Assembly (NCBI GenBank): GCA_963749075.1
Contig: CAVVLJ010000020.1
Span: 320,001-384,000 of the forward strand
Reading direction: 5' to 3'
From: an uncultured Pseudomonadota bacterium
GTDB lineage: Bacteria; Pseudomonadota; Alphaproteobacteria; JACZXZ01
Length of the DNA: 64,000 bases
Shown one piece after another: positions 8,937-19,730 of this stretch (its first letter is position 1; each line of letters opens with the position of its first letter). The notes under the pieces are model-generated. The model worked only from the letters and a program-made list of their open reading frames with translations. It had not been told where the DNA came from and did not search any database. The position numbers and the translations under genes were made by a program.

Positions 8937-11408
8937 CTAGAACCGCTGCAGCAGGCGGTCGATGTATTCGCGCTCGAGCTCGGGGCGCTGGCGCTGGCCG
9001 GCGCGGCGCTGGAGCTCCTCCTGGATCTCGCGCGCGCGCTGCACGTCGCCGTGCTCGGGGATCGCCACGTCGTTGGCGTCGAAGGCGCCGAAGCCCGGCA
9101 TGACGCGGCCCAAGGGATCGCGCGAGGGGCCGAAGGCGTCGAGGTCCTCGGGATCGCCCTCCTGGCCGAGCCGGTTGCGCAGGCCCTCGAGCATGGCCTG
9201 GCGGCCCTGGCGCAAGGCCTCGAGCGCCTGGGACTGGGCCTGCACCGCATCGCCGGGCGCATTGCGGCTCAAGGCCTCGACGGCGTCGCGCATGGCGCGC
9301 TCGGCGCGGCCGAGCTGGCCTGGGATATTGCCTGCCATGTCGCCCATGCGGCGCATGATGTCGCCGAGCGCCCGTCTCAGCGCCTCCTGGTCGGCGGCGC
9401 TGTTGCCGTTGCCGGGCTGGCCGAGCGGCATGCCCATGCCGCCCTGCTGCGCGTCGCGGAAGGTGCGCTGCAGGAGGCGGTCCTGCTGGCCGATCAGATC
9501 GTCGAGGCCGCGCATCAAGGCGCTCGCCCCGTTCTGGCCCTGCCCGCCCTGGCCCGCGCGCGCGGCGCGCAGGTTCTCGAGCATGTCCTGCAGCTGGGCG
9601 AGGAGCTGGCGCGCCGCGTCGTGGGCGCCGGTGCGCGCCATCTCGCGCATGCGCTCGATGAGCTTCTGGAGATCGCGGCGCTCGAGCATGCGGGCGTTCC
9701 GGTCGGGCGGCGCCTGGCTCTTCTCGGGATTGCGCAGCTCCTGCTCGGCGAGAGCCTGGAGATAGCGCTCGACGGCGTCCTGGAGGCGGGCGATGAGCTG
9801 CTCGATCTCCTTGTCGGGCGCGTTGCGGTCGAGCGCGTCCTGGAGCTTCTGCTGGAGATCGCGCAGCTCGCGCTCGGCGAGCGAGAGGTGGCCGTCCTCG
9901 ACGGCGAGTGCGGTGTCCCACAGGAGCTGCTGCACGTCGGCGACGGTATCCGGCCGGCCGGAGAGCTCGAGGCGGGTGCGCGCGGCGATGAGCGAGAGGA
10001 AGACGCCGATGTCGCCACCGTAAGCGCCGGGGCGCGCCGCGATGGCGGCGAGGCGCTCCGCCACATCGAGCCGGTCCTGCGGCTCCCTCGTGAGCATCTT
10101 GCGGCTCTCGATGATGGCGCGCGCGACCGGGTGGTTGAAGGTGCGCTCGGGCAGCACCATCTCGACCCGCTCGCTCTTGCCCACTTGTCCGGGCTCGTCC
10201 TGGGCGATGAGCTGGATGGTGACCGGCAGCCCGGCCCAGGGGTGCGGCGTCAGATCTTGGAAGCTCGTCTCGTGCGCCTGCTTGGGGTGGCCGCCGGAGA
10301 GCGGCAGCTCGAGCGTGATCGGCGGCTCGTCTTGCGGCCCCGCAACGCGCCTGATCTCGGCCTTGACCGCGGCGACGCCGTAATCGTCGGAGGCCGCGTA
10401 TTCGAGCCGCAGGGCGGCGCGCAGCGTGCGCGAGGGCGGCACCGCGAAGGCGATCTTGGGCGGCAGGTCGGGCACGATGCGGATCGCCCAGCGCGCGATC
10501 GTGCGGCCGCCCTGCTGAACGGCGAGATGATCGCCGCTGGCGACGCTGTCCTCGAGCTGGTAGGTGGTCTCGTCGACCGCCTTGAAGGGCACCGCGCGCT
10601 CGCCGACGAGGAGGCGGGCGGCACCGGCGCCGCCCTCGAGGCGGGCGAGCACCTTGCTGCCGACCGGCACGCTCACCGGATTGGCGGCTGTGCCGGCGGC
10701 GTCCTTGGCGGCGGGCTTTTGCCCTTCCGCCTCGCCGGCGCGGAGGAAGATCGGCGCCAGGCCGGTGTAGGCCGGCGGGGTGAGCCAGAGCTCGACGCTC
10801 GCCGGCGCGCGCGGCGTCAGCGCGCCGAGCTCGGGGAGGAACGCCTGCGCCAGGCGGCCGGGTGCCTCGCCGCGCGCATCGAGGAGGGAGACCGCGAGAA
10901 GGAGGAGGAGCGCCAGACGCAGCGCCAGCGGATCGCGCGCCGCGAGTCCGGGGCTCGGCAGCGCCAGGCGGATCTTGCCGAGGGCCCGCGCCATGCGCGC
11001 GAGATGGGCGCGCCACAGCGCCTCCGTGAAGGCGTCGCCGCGGCCGACGGCGAGCGTGTCGTCGAGCGCCGTAAGCGGACGGTGCGCGAGCGCGCTGTCG
11101 CGCTCGATGCGGCGCTCGGCCGCGGCCACGCTCGGCGCCTTCAGTCCCTCGAACAGTCGATAGGCCTGCCAGGCGAAGGTGCCGGCAAAGCCCAGGAGGA
11201 TGAGGAGATGGAGCCAGCCGGGCAACAGCGCGAAGAGGCCAAGGAAGGCGAGTGCTGCGAAGAGCCCGGCTATTCCCGTGGCCGGCCAGGCGGCGCGCCA
11301 CAGCCACTCCCAGAGGAGCGCCAGCCGCGCCAGGCCAAGGACGCCGCGACTGAGCGCCGGCAAGTTGCCGGCGGCCGGCGCCCGCTCCTCGGGAGCCTCG
11401 CCCGTCAT
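8937..11408 (-). CDS. TIGR02302 / DUF4175 family membrane protein
   Basis: N-terminal TMs, 'WLTPPAYTG', 'DDYGV', 'DLTPHPWAG', a Q-rich coiled coil and 'YIDRLL' end; canonical position after lysA. Confidence 0.9.
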   Translation of the reverse strand: MTGEAPEERAPAAGNLPALSRGVLGLARLALLWEWLWRAAWPATGIAGLFAALAFLGLFALLPGWLHLLILLGFAGTFAWQAYRLFEGLKAPSVAAAERRIERDSALAHRPLTALDDTLAVGRGDAFTEALWRAHLARMARALGKIRLALPSPGLAARDPLALRLALLLLLAVSLLDARGEAPGRLAQAFLPELGALTPRAPASVELWLTPPAYTGLAPIFLRAGEAEGQKPAAKDAAGTAANPVSVPVGSKVLARLEGGAGAARLLVGERAVPFKAVDETTYQLEDSVASGDHLAVQQGGRTIARWAIRIVPDLPPKIAFAVPPSRTLRAALRLEYAASDDYGVAAVKAEIRRVAGPQDEPPITLELPLSGGHPKQAHETSFQDLTPHPWAGLPVTIQLIAQDEPGQVGKSERVEMVLPERTFNHPVARAIIESRKMLTREPQDRLDVAERLAAIAARPGAYGGDIGVFLSLIAARTRLELSGRPDTVADVQQLLWDTALAVEDGHLSLAERELRDLQQKLQDALDRNAPDKEIEQLIARLQDAVERYLQALAEQELRNPEKSQAPPDRNARMLERRDLQKLIERMREMARTGAHDAARQLLAQLQDMLENLRAARAGQGGQGQNGASALMRGLDDLIGQQDRLLQRTFRDAQQGGMGMPLGQPGNGNSAADQEALRRALGDIMRRMGDMAGNIPGQLGRAERAMRDAVEALSRNAPGDAVQAQSQALEALRQGRQAMLEGLRNRLGQEGDPEDLDAFGPSRDPLGRVMPGFGAFDANDVAIPEHGDVQRAREIQEELQRRAGQRQRPELEREYIDRLLQRF

Positions 11409-12701
11409 GCGGCACCCCCGGCCGAGCGCCTGGGCGGCATCGCGAGCCAGCCGGGGAGCTGCTCGCGGCGGAAGAGCTCATCGTAATCGGGCCGCGCCCG
11501 CACCACGGCGTAGCGGCTGCCCTTGACCATCACTTCCGCTGCTGGCAGCCGGCTGTTGTAGGTCGACGCCATGACGGAAGCGTAGGCCCCCGCCGAGCAA
11601 ATGGCAAGAAGGTCGCCGGCTTTGAGCGGCGGCAGCGGCCGCCCGAGCGCGAGGAAATCGCCCGTCTCGCACACCGGCCCCACCACGTCGGCAGGCGCCA
11701 GGAGCGGCGCCCCGCGCGGGCTCGGCCACGGGCTTGATGGCATGGTAGGCGTCGTAGAGCGTGGGGCGGATGAGATCGTTCATGCCCGCGTCGACGATCA
11801 CAAATCGGTGAGCGGCACCTTCCTTCACATAGAGCACGCGCGTCACCAGCACGCCCGCGTTGCCGACGAGGTAGCGACCCGGCTCGAAGGCGAGCTCGAC
11901 GTCGAGCCCGCGCGTGAGCTCCTTCACCAGTGCGGCATAGGATTCGACCGACGGCGGCTGCTCCTCGCGATAAGTGATGCCGAGCCCGCCGCCGAAGTCG
12001 AGGCGCCGGATGTCGTGCCCGTCGGCGCGCAGCGTCCTCAAGAGGCCGACGAGTCGCCGGAAGGCGCGGCGGTAAGGCTGAAGCGTCTCGAGCTGGGAGC
12101 CGATGTGGAGTGCCGCCCCCTGCATGACGAGATTCGGCATCTTGGCGCCGCGGGCATAGAGCTGCCGTGCCTCGGCGAGCGGCACGCCGAACTTGTTCTC
12201 CTTCTTGCCGGTGGTGATCTTGGCATGGGTGCGCGCATCGACGTCGGGATTGATGCGCAGCGCCACCGCGACCGGCCGCCCGAGGCCGCGTGCCAGCTCG
12301 CCCAGAAGCTCGAGCTCGGGCTCCGACTCGACGTTGATCTGGAGGATGCGCGCGTCGAGCGCTGCGGCGAGCTCCGCGCGCGTCTTGCCGACGCCCGAGA
12401 AGATGATGCGGCCGGCGGGGATGCCGGCGGCGAGTGCGGTCAAGAGCTCGCCCTCGGAGACCACGTCGGCGCCGGCCCCCCGCTCCGCCAGAGTGCGCAC
12501 GACGGCGAGCGTCGAGTTGGCCTTGAGCGCATAGCAGACCATGGCCGGCACGCCGGCGAACGCCTCGGCAAAGCGCTCGTAGCCGCGCACGAGTGCCGCC
12601 GTCGAGTAGCAGTAATAGGGCGTTCCCACCTCGGCCGCGATGCGCGCGAGCGCCACGCCCTCGGCCATGAGCTTGCCGCCCTTGTAGGCGAAGTCCGGCA
12701 T
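11405..12701 (-). CDS. lysA: Diaminopimelate decarboxylase (one extra base at ~11715)
   Basis: YALKAN (PLP Lys), HIGSQ and FEPGRYLV in ORF 11478-12701; [10 protein letters not shown] and [12 protein letters not shown] in ORF 11405-11743. Confidence 0.92.
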
Positions 12702-12711
12702 CGGGGTCCGC

Positions 12712-12855
12712 CTATTGGTCCTTGGGGTTCGGATACTTGCGCGTGAGAGTATCGGTCTGGCCGGGCGGAATCTCCGGGTCCCCCTTGCGGCCGCAGGCGG
12801 CGAGAGGACCTGCGAGGAGTGACGCGAGCAACAGGGCGAGCAAGACGCGGCTCAT
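12712..12855 (-). CDS. lptM: Small outer-membrane lipoprotein, LptM/YifL family
   Basis: [31 protein letters not shown]: lipobox plus CGxKG, between argH and lysA. Confidence 0.75.
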   Translation of the reverse strand: MSRVLLALLLASLLAGPLAACGRKGDPEIPPGQTDTLTRKYPNPKDQ

Positions 12856-14273
12856 AGGTAGCGCTCCTTGGCGCGCGCGATGGCGCGGCTGACCTCGCTC
12901 GGCGCCGTGCCGCCCAGGCTCGTCCGGCTCGCGGCCGAGCGCTCGACGCGCAGCACATCGAAGACCTCGGCGCTCACGCGCGGCTCGATGGCGCGCATCT
13001 CGTCGAGGCTGAGCTGGTCGAGCCGGCAGCCGCGCTCCTCGGCGAGGCGCACGAGGCGGCCCGTCGCATGGTGCGCCGCGCGGAAGGGGAGGCCGCGCGC
13101 GCGCACCAACCAATCGGCGAGGTCGGTTGCGGTGATGAAGCCGCCGTCGAGCGCCTTCCGCATCGCCGCCTCGTTGGCCGTCATGTCGCGCACCATGCCT
13201 GCCGCCGCGGCCAGTGCCAGGGCCAGCACGTCGGCCGCCTCGAAGACCGGCACCTTGTCCTCCTGCATGTCCTTGCCGTAGGTGAGCGGCAGGCCCTTCA
13301 TGACGACGAGGAGGCTCGCGAGATCGCCGATCAGCCGGCCGGACTTGGCGCGCACCAGCTCGGCGGCGTCCGGGTTCCTCTTCTGCGGCATGATCGAGCT
13401 GCCGGTGGTGAAGGCGTCCGAGAGTGCGAGGAAGCGGAACTGCTCGCTCGACCACAACACGATCTCCTCGGCAAGGCGCGAGAGATGCACGCCGGCGATG
13501 GCGGCCGAGGCGAGGAACTCGAGCGCGAAGTCGCGGTCGGAGACGGCGTCGATCGAGTTCGCCATCGGCCGCGCGAAGCCGAGTGCGGTGGCCGTCATCT
13601 CGCGGTCGATGGGGAAGGAGGTGCCGGCGAGTGCCGCGGCACCCAGCGGGCATTCGTCGAGCCGCGCGCGGCAGTCGGCAAAGCGGCCGCGGTCACGCCC
13701 GAACATCTCGACGTAGGCCATGAGGTGGTGGCCGAAGGTGACGGGCTGGGCCGGCTGGAGATGGGTGAAGCCGGGCATCAGGGTGGCGGCATGGCGCTCC
13801 GCCTGGCCGAGGAGGGCGGCCTGCAGGTCCTCGAGCGCCGGCTCGAGCGCGTCGATCGCGTCGCGCACCCAGAGCCGGAAGTCGGTCGCCACCTGGTCGT
13901 TGCGCGAGCGCGCGGTGTGGAGGCGGCCGGCCGGCTCGCCGATGAGCTCGAAGAGGCGCTGCTCGACGTTCATGTGGATGTCCTCGAGCGCCTTCGAGAA
14001 GCGGAAGCGGCCGCTCTCGATCTCCGCGCGCACCTGCTCTAGACCGCGGGCGATGGACTGCCCATCTTTCCTCGAGATGATGCCCGTGGCCGCGAGCATG
14101 GCGGCATGGGCCTTGGAGGCGGCGATGTCCTGGGCGTAGAGCCGGCGGTCGACGTCGATCGAGGCGTTGATTTCGCCCATGATGGCGGCCGGACCTGCGG
14201 CGAATTGTCCGCCCCATAGGGGGTTCGCGGCGTCCTTGGTCTGTGCTTTCCTATGCTTGGCCTTGGCGGTCAT
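12852..14273 (-). CDS. argH: Argininosuccinate lyase
   Basis: [23 protein letters not shown] and [12 protein letters not shown]. Confidence 0.96.
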   Translation of the reverse strand: MTAKAKHRKAQTKDAANPLWGGQFAAGPAAIMGEINASIDVDRRLYAQDIAASKAHAAMLAATGIISRKDGQSIARGLEQVRAEIESGRFRFSKALEDIHMNVEQRLFELIGEPAGRLHTARSRNDQVATDFRLWVRDAIDALEPALEDLQAALLGQAERHAATLMPGFTHLQPAQPVTFGHHLMAYVEMFGRDRGRFADCRARLDECPLGAAALAGTSFPIDREMTATALGFARPMANSIDAVSDRDFALEFLASAAIAGVHLSRLAEEIVLWSSEQFRFLALSDAFTTGSSIMPQKRNPDAAELVRAKSGRLIGDLASLLVVMKGLPLTYGKDMQEDKVPVFEAADVLALALAAAAGMVRDMTANEAAMRKALDGGFITATDLADWLVRARGLPFRAAHHATGRLVRLAEERGCRLDQLSLDEMRAIEPRVSAEVFDVLRVERSAASRTSLGGTAPSEVSRAIARAKERYL

Positions 14274-14335
14274 GGTCCGGGGTCCTGGGCACGGCGTCCT
14301 GGCGGCTGCCGGGCGCATTGGCGAGAGGTCGAACG

Positions 14336-14989
14336 GTGGCAATAAGGCTCGCGGGACGCTCCATCCTCTCTCTCTTCGCGGCGGCGGTTTTGGGCGGCGG
14401 CGCGCTCTCGCTCGCGGCGCCGGCGCCGGCCGCTCTCGCGGCCGCGGCACAGCACCCGGCCTTCAAGGGCGAGATGGGCGACTTTAGCTATTTCGCGGGC
14501 GCCAAGCCAGTGCCGCCGATCGCCTTCAAGGACGCGGACGGCAAGTCGCTGTCGCTCGCCGACTTCAAGGGCCGCGTCGTGCTGGTCAATTTCTGGGCCA
14601 CCTGGTGCGCCCCCTGCCGCGGCGAGATGACCTCGCTCGACCGCCTCGAGGGGCAGCTCGGCGGCAAGGACTTCATCGTCGTCGACATCTCCCTCGACCG
14701 CCAGGGCAAGGCGGCGGTGGCGCCCTTCCTGATGGAGAACGACCTCACCCACCTAGGCATCTACCTCGACCCCGAGGGCGAGAGCTTCCGCGCGTGGCAG
14801 GGCCAGGGTGTCCCGACCAGCTTCGTCATCGGCCGCGACGGCCTCGCGCGCGGCGTGATGCTCGGCCCGGCGCAGTGGGATTCGCCCGCGGCGCTCGAGC
14901 TCATCAAGTATTTCATCGCCGAGGGGAAGGCGGGCGAGGTGCATGAGACGCGGCGGCTGGCACCGGCCGGCGCCCGGCCGGCAGGCTGA
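14336..14989 (+). CDS. tlpA: TlpA-family thiol:disulfide oxidoreductase
   Basis: [10 protein letters not shown] and GVPTSF; N-terminal hydrophobic segment; divergent from argH; start codon uncertain. Confidence 0.85.
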   Translation: MAIRLAGRSILSLFAAAVLGGGALSLAAPAPAALAAAAQHPAFKGEMGDFSYFAGAKPVPPIAFKDADGKSLSLADFKGRVVLVNFWATWCAPCRGEMTSLDRLEGQLGGKDFIVVDISLDRQGKAAVAPFLMENDLTHLGIYLDPEGESFRAWQGQGVPTSFVIGRDGLARGVMLGPAQWDSPAALELIKYFIAEGKAGEVHETRRLAPAGARPAG

Positions 14990-14992
14990 GCC

Positions 14993-15721
14993 GTGACCGC
15001 CTGGAGCATCTTCCTCGCGACCTTCCTCGCCGCGGGCGTGGAATGGGTCGAGGCCTTCACCATCGTGCTGGCGGTCAGTCTCAGCATCGGCTGGCGCGCC
15101 GCCGCCGGTGCGGCACTCGCGGCACTCGCCCTCCTCGCGGCGCTCACCGCGGCAACGGGCGGCGTTCTGGGCGCTGCCGTGGATGCGAGCTGGCTCAGGG
15201 CCGTGGTCGGCGTGCTGCTGCTGCTCTTCGGCGTGCGCTGGCTCGCCAAGGCCGTGGCCCGGCATGCCGGCCTCAAGGTGCTGCACGACGAGGACGCGGA
15301 GTTCGCGGATGCGCAGGCGCTCCTCGCGCGCGGCGACCGCCATGCCGCCTGGCTCGTCGCCTTCAAGGGCGTGCTGCTCGAGGGACTCGAGGTGTGGCTC
15401 ATCGTGGTGGCGCTCGGCGTGCGGGAGCGCGAGACGCTCGCCGCCGCGGGAGCGGCGCTCGCCGCCCTCGTCCTGGTGGCCGCGGCGGGATGTCTCGTGC
15501 AGGCGCCGCTCAGGCGGGTGCCGGAGAACGCCGTCAAGCTCACGGTCGGCGCCATGATCGTCGCCTTCGGCACCTTCTGGACCCACGAGGCGATCGGCGG
15601 TGCCGCGGCCTGGCCGTGGGGCGATTGGAGCCTGCCCGCGCTCGCCGCCTTCTATCTTGCCGGCGGGCTCGCCGTGGCCGCGGGCCTCAAGCGCCGGCAC
15701 GCGGGAGCGCTCGTCCAATGA
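14993..15721 (+). CDS. COG4280-like integral membrane protein with two ExxE repeats
   Basis: VEWVEAFTIVLA and LLEGLEVWLIV in two internally repeated TM halves; 'PLRRVPENAVK'. Confidence 0.65.
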   Translation: MTAWSIFLATFLAAGVEWVEAFTIVLAVSLSIGWRAAAGAALAALALLAALTAATGGVLGAAVDASWLRAVVGVLLLLFGVRWLAKAVARHAGLKVLHDEDAEFADAQALLARGDRHAAWLVAFKGVLLEGLEVWLIVVALGVRERETLAAAGAALAALVLVAAAGCLVQAPLRRVPENAVKLTVGAMIVAFGTFWTHEAIGGAAAWPWGDWSLPALAAFYLAGGLAVAAGLKRRHAGALVQ

Positions 15722-15885
15722 CGGCGCTCCTCAAGGTCCTCTTCGGCGACTTGCGAAACGTCGCGGTCGTGGCATTCGCCGTGGCGCTCGACGCGGCGCT
15801 CGTGGCGGGCGGCTACGATGCCGCCGCCGCACTCCTGGTGCCGCCTGTCCTCCTCCTCGGCGTCGGCTGGCTCGCTGCGGAATGA
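15718..15885 (+). CDS. Small 2-TM hypothetical protein (55 aa)
   Basis: ATGA overlap with the upstream stop; MTALLKVLFGDLRNVAVVAFAV...LLLGVGWLAAE. Confidence 0.6.
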   Translation: MTALLKVLFGDLRNVAVVAFAVALDAALVAGGYDAAAALLVPPVLLLGVGWLAAE

Positions 15886-15901
15886 GCAGCGCCGCGGCGG
15901 C

Positions 15902-16279
15902 TCACGCCCAGAGGATGGGAACGCCGTAGGGCTCGAGCCGGCGGTCGCGGCTGACGAGGACGAGGCCCTCGAGTTGCGCCTGCGCCACCAGCATGCGGTC
16001 GAACGGGTCGCGGTGGTGAAGCGGCAAGGCGCCGGCGGCGAGCGCGTGGGCCATGGTGATGTCGAGGGGGAGGAATTCGTGGGACTTCATCGCCCCCGCG
16101 ATATCCGGTACCGGCGGCAAGCGTCCAAGGGCGGCCTTGATCGAGATTTCCCAGACCGATGCCACGCTCAGCAGGGCCGCATCCGCGCGAGGTGCGATGG
16201 CCGTACGCGCCGCCTCGCTGATTTGGCCGGGATTACCGATCCACCAGAGGAAGACGTGGGTATCGAGCAGCAGCCTCAG
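15902..16279 (-). CDS. vapC: VapC PIN-domain toxin
   Basis: LLLDTHVFLWW, SVWEISIK and HHRDPFDRMLVAQA; homology starts at a CTG overlapping the antitoxin stop. Confidence 0.88.
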   Translation of the reverse strand: MRLLLDTHVFLWWIGNPGQISEAARTAIAPRADAALLSVASVWEISIKAALGRLPPVPDIAGAMKSHEFLPLDITMAHALAAGALPLHHRDPFDRMLVAQAQLEGLVLVSRDRRLEPYGVPILWA

Positions 16280-16521
16280 CTCTCGTCCCCCTCGAACAGC
16301 TTCAGTATTTCTTCGGGCAGCGGATCGTCGAAATCGTCTGGAATTTCGATTTTGCCTTTCCATAGGCCCATCGGGCGCGTCCCCGTCTGCGCGGGCAGGG
16401 GAACGAGCTTGGCGCGCGGTTGGCCGGCCTTGGCGATGACGATCTCCTCGCCCTTCGCCGCGCGCTCGACGAGCTCGGAGAGCTTCGTCTTGGCCTCGTA
16501 GATGTTGACCGTCGTCGCCAT
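16276..16521 (-). CDS. Phd/YefM-family antitoxin
   Basis: MATTVNIYEAKTKLSELVERAAKGEEIVIAKAGQPRAKLVP...DDFDDPLP. Confidence 0.9.
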   Translation of the reverse strand: MATTVNIYEAKTKLSELVERAAKGEEIVIAKAGQPRAKLVPLPAQTGTRPMGLWKGKIEIPDDFDDPLPEEILKLFEGDES

Positions 16522-16530
16522 GGCACGTCC

Positions 16531-16583
16531 TTGGTCAAGTTGGTCAAGGATAGGCCGTGCCCGGCGTTTGGTCAAGTTGGTCA
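16531..16583. promoter_or_regulatory. Toxin-antitoxin autoregulatory operator
   Basis: Two blocks TTGGTCAAGTTGGTCA(AG) at 16531-16548 and 16568-16583 immediately upstream of the antitoxin. Confidence 0.7.
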
Positions 16584-16641
16584 GACGGCAGGCCCAAGAG
16601 CCCGCCGAACGCCGCGGTGGTGGCGGACGGGAAAAGCCGGC

Positions 16642-17670
16642 TCACGCCCCCACGCGCCAGGTGGTGCCGTGGCGAAGGAGCGCGTTCATGTCGGCCTGGG
16701 GCTGCTGGCGCTTGGCCTCCTCGATCTGGGCGGCGACGAGGCCCTCGTAGGACGGTGCGGGATTGCAATAGAGCACGCCCAAGGCCACGGGGAACTCGGG
16801 CGGCTCCATCTGGGCCAGCATGAAGGCGGCCATGCGGTTGGTCTCGTCGTGGACGAGGAGCTCCGCTTCCGCGGCGCCGCCCTCGCCCAGGCGCACCACC
16901 TCGAGATCGAGCGTGCCCGGCTTGATGCGGATGCCCTTGTCGCGCGCCTTGCCGAAGATCATGGGCTTGCCGTGCTCGAGATGGAGCTGGTTGTCGGCCG
17001 CCGCCTCCTTCGCGGTGAAGTCGTCGAACACGCCGTCGTTGTAGATGATGCAGTTTTGGAAGATCTCGACGAAGCTGGCGCCCTTGTGCTCGTAGGCGCG
17101 CTTGAGCACGACCGGCAGATGGTGCTGGAGGGTGTCGACCGAGCGCGCCACGAAGCGGCCGCCTGCGCCGAGGGCGAACTGCGTCGCCGACACCGGGTTG
17201 TCGACCGAGCCCATGGGCGTGGAGGGCGAGCGCGTGCCGGGCCGCGAGGTCGGCGAATACTGCCCCTTGGTCAGACCGTAGATCGCGTTGTTGAAGAGCA
17301 GTATCTGCAGGTCGACGTTGCGGCGGAGCGCGTGCAGCGTGTGGTTGCCGCCGATCGACAGCATGTCGCCGTCGCCGCCGATCACCCACACGTCGAGTGC
17401 GGGATTGCTGAGCTTGACGCCGGTCGCGATCGCCGGCGCGCGGCCGTGGATGGTGTGGAAGCCGTAGCTCGCGATGTAGTAGGGGAAGCGCGCGGCGCAG
17501 CCGATGCCGGAGACGAACACCGTGCTCTCGCGCCTGGCGCCGATGTCGGCGAGCGTCTTGGTCACCGCCTTGATGATGGCGTAGTCGCCGCAGCCCGGGC
17601 ACCAGCGCACCTCCTGGTCGGAGGCGTAGTCCTTGGGTGCCAGTTTCTCGGGCGGGGTCGCGATGTTCAT
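16642..17670 (-). CDS. korB: 2-oxoacid:ferredoxin oxidoreductase beta subunit
   Basis: WCPGCGD, SGIGC, HTIHGRA, GGDGD...NN (TPP binding) and YGLTKGQYSPT. Confidence 0.93.
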   Translation of the reverse strand: MNIATPPEKLAPKDYASDQEVRWCPGCGDYAIIKAVTKTLADIGARRESTVFVSGIGCAARFPYYIASYGFHTIHGRAPAIATGVKLSNPALDVWVIGGDGDMLSIGGNHTLHALRRNVDLQILLFNNAIYGLTKGQYSPTSRPGTRSPSTPMGSVDNPVSATQFALGAGGRFVARSVDTLQHHLPVVLKRAYEHKGASFVEIFQNCIIYNDGVFDDFTAKEAAADNQLHLEHGKPMIFGKARDKGIRIKPGTLDLEVVRLGEGGAAEAELLVHDETNRMAAFMLAQMEPPEFPVALGVLYCNPAPSYEGLVAAQIEEAKRQQPQADMNALLRHGTTWRVGA

Positions 17671-17671
17671 G

Positions 17672-19546
17672 TCAAGCCTCCAGGCGGGCGCGCACGGCGT
17701 CCTCGATCTCGGCGATCTTGAAGGGCTGGCCGGTTACCTTGTTGAGCCCCTCGGCCGGCACCAGATAGCGGCTGCGGATGAGGGTCAGGAGCTGGCCGTT
17801 GTTCATCTCGGGGATCAGCACCTTCTCGAAGCCCTTGAGCAGCTCCCCGAGATTGGCCGGCAGCGGCCAGATGTAGCGCAGGTGGATGTGGGAGACGGCG
17901 AGGCCCCGGCCGCGCATCTTGTCGACGGCGCGGCCGATCGGCCCGAAGGTCGAGCCCCAGCCAAGCACGGCAAGGCGGCCCACGGTACCGCCGTCCTCGG
18001 TCGTCTGCGGCGGGATGTCGTTGGCGATGCCGTCGATCTTGGCGGCGCGCGCCAGCGTCATCTTCTGGTGATTGTCGGCGTCGTAGGAGATGTTGCCGCT
18101 CACGTAGTCCCGCTCGATGCCGCCGATGCGGTGCTCGAGCGCGGGCGTGCCGGGCCTCACCCAGGGGCGCGCCAGGGTCGCCTCGTCGCGGAGGTAGGGA
18201 TGGAAGCCCGCGGGCTCGGTGCGGAAGTGCACCGGGAAAGGCCTGTAGGCCGTCACGTCGGGAATCTTCCAGGGCTCGGCCGCGTTGGCGAGATAGCCGT
18301 CGGTGAGCACGATGACCGGAGTCATGTACTTGCTCGCGATGCGCACCGCCTCGATCGCCGTCTCGAAGCAGTCGGCCGAGGAGCGCGCGGCGAGCACCGC
18401 CAGCGGCGCATCCGCATTGCGCCCGAAGACCGCCTGGTAGAGGTCTGACTGCTCGGTCTTGGTCGGCATGCCGGTCGAGGGGCCTGCGCGCTGGGAGTTG
18501 ATGAGCACGAGCGGCAGCTCGGCGCCGATGGCGAGGCCGAGCGCCTCGGTCTTGAGCGCCACCCCGGGCCCCGAGCTCGAGGTGACGCCCATGGCGCCGG
18601 CATAGGAGGCGCCGATGGCGGCGCCGATCGCGGCGATCTCGTCCTCGGCCTGGAAGGTCAGCACGCCGAAATGCTTGAGTGCTGCGAGCGTGTGGAGCAC
18701 GGCCGAGGCCGGCGTGATGGGGTAGGAGCAGAAGACGAGCGGCAGCGAGGCCAGCTGGCAGCCGGCGACGAGGCCCCAGGCCATGGCCTCGGTGCCGGTC
18801 ACCGTGCGGTAGAGGCCGGGCTCGAGATGCGCGGGCGGCACGCTGAAGGCGGGTAGCGCCGACGGCATCTCCGCCGTCTCGCCGAAGGCATGGCCGGCAT
18901 TGAGCGCTGCAACGTTGGCGTCTGCCACCAGCGGCAGCTTCTGGAAGCGGCGCTTCAAGTACTCGACGGTCGGCTGGCGCTTGCGCCCGTACATCCAGTA
19001 GAGCAGGCCGAGCGCCCACATGTTCTTGCAGCGCAGCGCTTCCTTTTGCGAAATCTCGAGCCCCTTGACCGCCTCGAGCGTCAAGCGCGAGATATCGATC
19101 TCGATCACCCGGTAGGCGCTGAACGAGCCGTCCTTGCGCGGATCGGCCTTGAAGCCGGCCTTGGCGAAATTGCGCTCGGTGAAGGCGCCGGAATTGACGA
19201 TGAGGATGCCGCCGCGCTTGAGGTCGCTCAAATGCACCTTGAGTGCCGCCGGGTTGAGCGCCACCAGCACGTCCGGCGCGTCGCCCGAGGTGCGGATATG
19301 GCGCGCGCCGAAGTTGATCTGGAAGGACGACACCCCGAAGGTCGTGCCGATCGGCGCCCTGATCTCGGCCGGGAAGTCGGGGAAGGTCGCGAGATCGTTG
19401 CCCGCGAAGGCCGTCGTCTGGGCGAACTGGCTGCCGGTCAGCTGGATGCCGTCGCCCGAATCGCCGGCAATGCGCATGACGACCGATTCGAGGGTCTCGC
19501 GTTGCTCCTCGTGAGGCTGCTCAGTACGAAGCGCATTCAAGGACAT
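17672..19546 (-). CDS. korA: 2-oxoacid:ferredoxin oxidoreductase alpha subunit (gamma-alpha fusion)
   Basis: AGDSGDG, FPAEIRAP, YPITPAS, QAEDEIAA, GPSTGMPTK and EMNNGQL. Confidence 0.93.
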   Translation of the reverse strand: MSLNALRTEQPHEEQRETLESVVMRIAGDSGDGIQLTGSQFAQTTAFAGNDLATFPDFPAEIRAPIGTTFGVSSFQINFGARHIRTSGDAPDVLVALNPAALKVHLSDLKRGGILIVNSGAFTERNFAKAGFKADPRKDGSFSAYRVIEIDISRLTLEAVKGLEISQKEALRCKNMWALGLLYWMYGRKRQPTVEYLKRRFQKLPLVADANVAALNAGHAFGETAEMPSALPAFSVPPAHLEPGLYRTVTGTEAMAWGLVAGCQLASLPLVFCSYPITPASAVLHTLAALKHFGVLTFQAEDEIAAIGAAIGASYAGAMGVTSSSGPGVALKTEALGLAIGAELPLVLINSQRAGPSTGMPTKTEQSDLYQAVFGRNADAPLAVLAARSSADCFETAIEAVRIASKYMTPVIVLTDGYLANAAEPWKIPDVTAYRPFPVHFRTEPAGFHPYLRDEATLARPWVRPGTPALEHRIGGIERDYVSGNISYDADNHQKMTLARAAKIDGIANDIPPQTTEDGGTVGRLAVLGWGSTFGPIGRAVDKMRGRGLAVSHIHLRYIWPLPANLGELLKGFEKVLIPEMNNGQLLTLIRSRYLVPAEGLNKVTGQPFKIAEIEDAVRARLEA

Positions 19547-19623
19547 GGCGTTTCCTACCCGTTTCTTCGGCCGCGGGCGACGAATTTGCGCCGCGGCCCC
19601 GGCGCTGTCATCCTAAATATCCC

Positions 19624-19644
19624 TCATTGGAATGATTTCAATGA
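19624..19644. promoter_or_regulatory. Palindromic candidate operator upstream of korA
   Basis: TCATTG-GAATGATTT-CAATGA, an AT-rich inverted repeat ~80 bp before the ATG. Confidence 0.4.
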
Positions 19645-19730
19645 AGGAGTGCGGGATGGCCGCGCGATGAGGGGGGATATAAGACGGCCGCAGTGCGAGC
19701 GCCAGTGGCGCTCTCCGTGACGCCCGCGGC

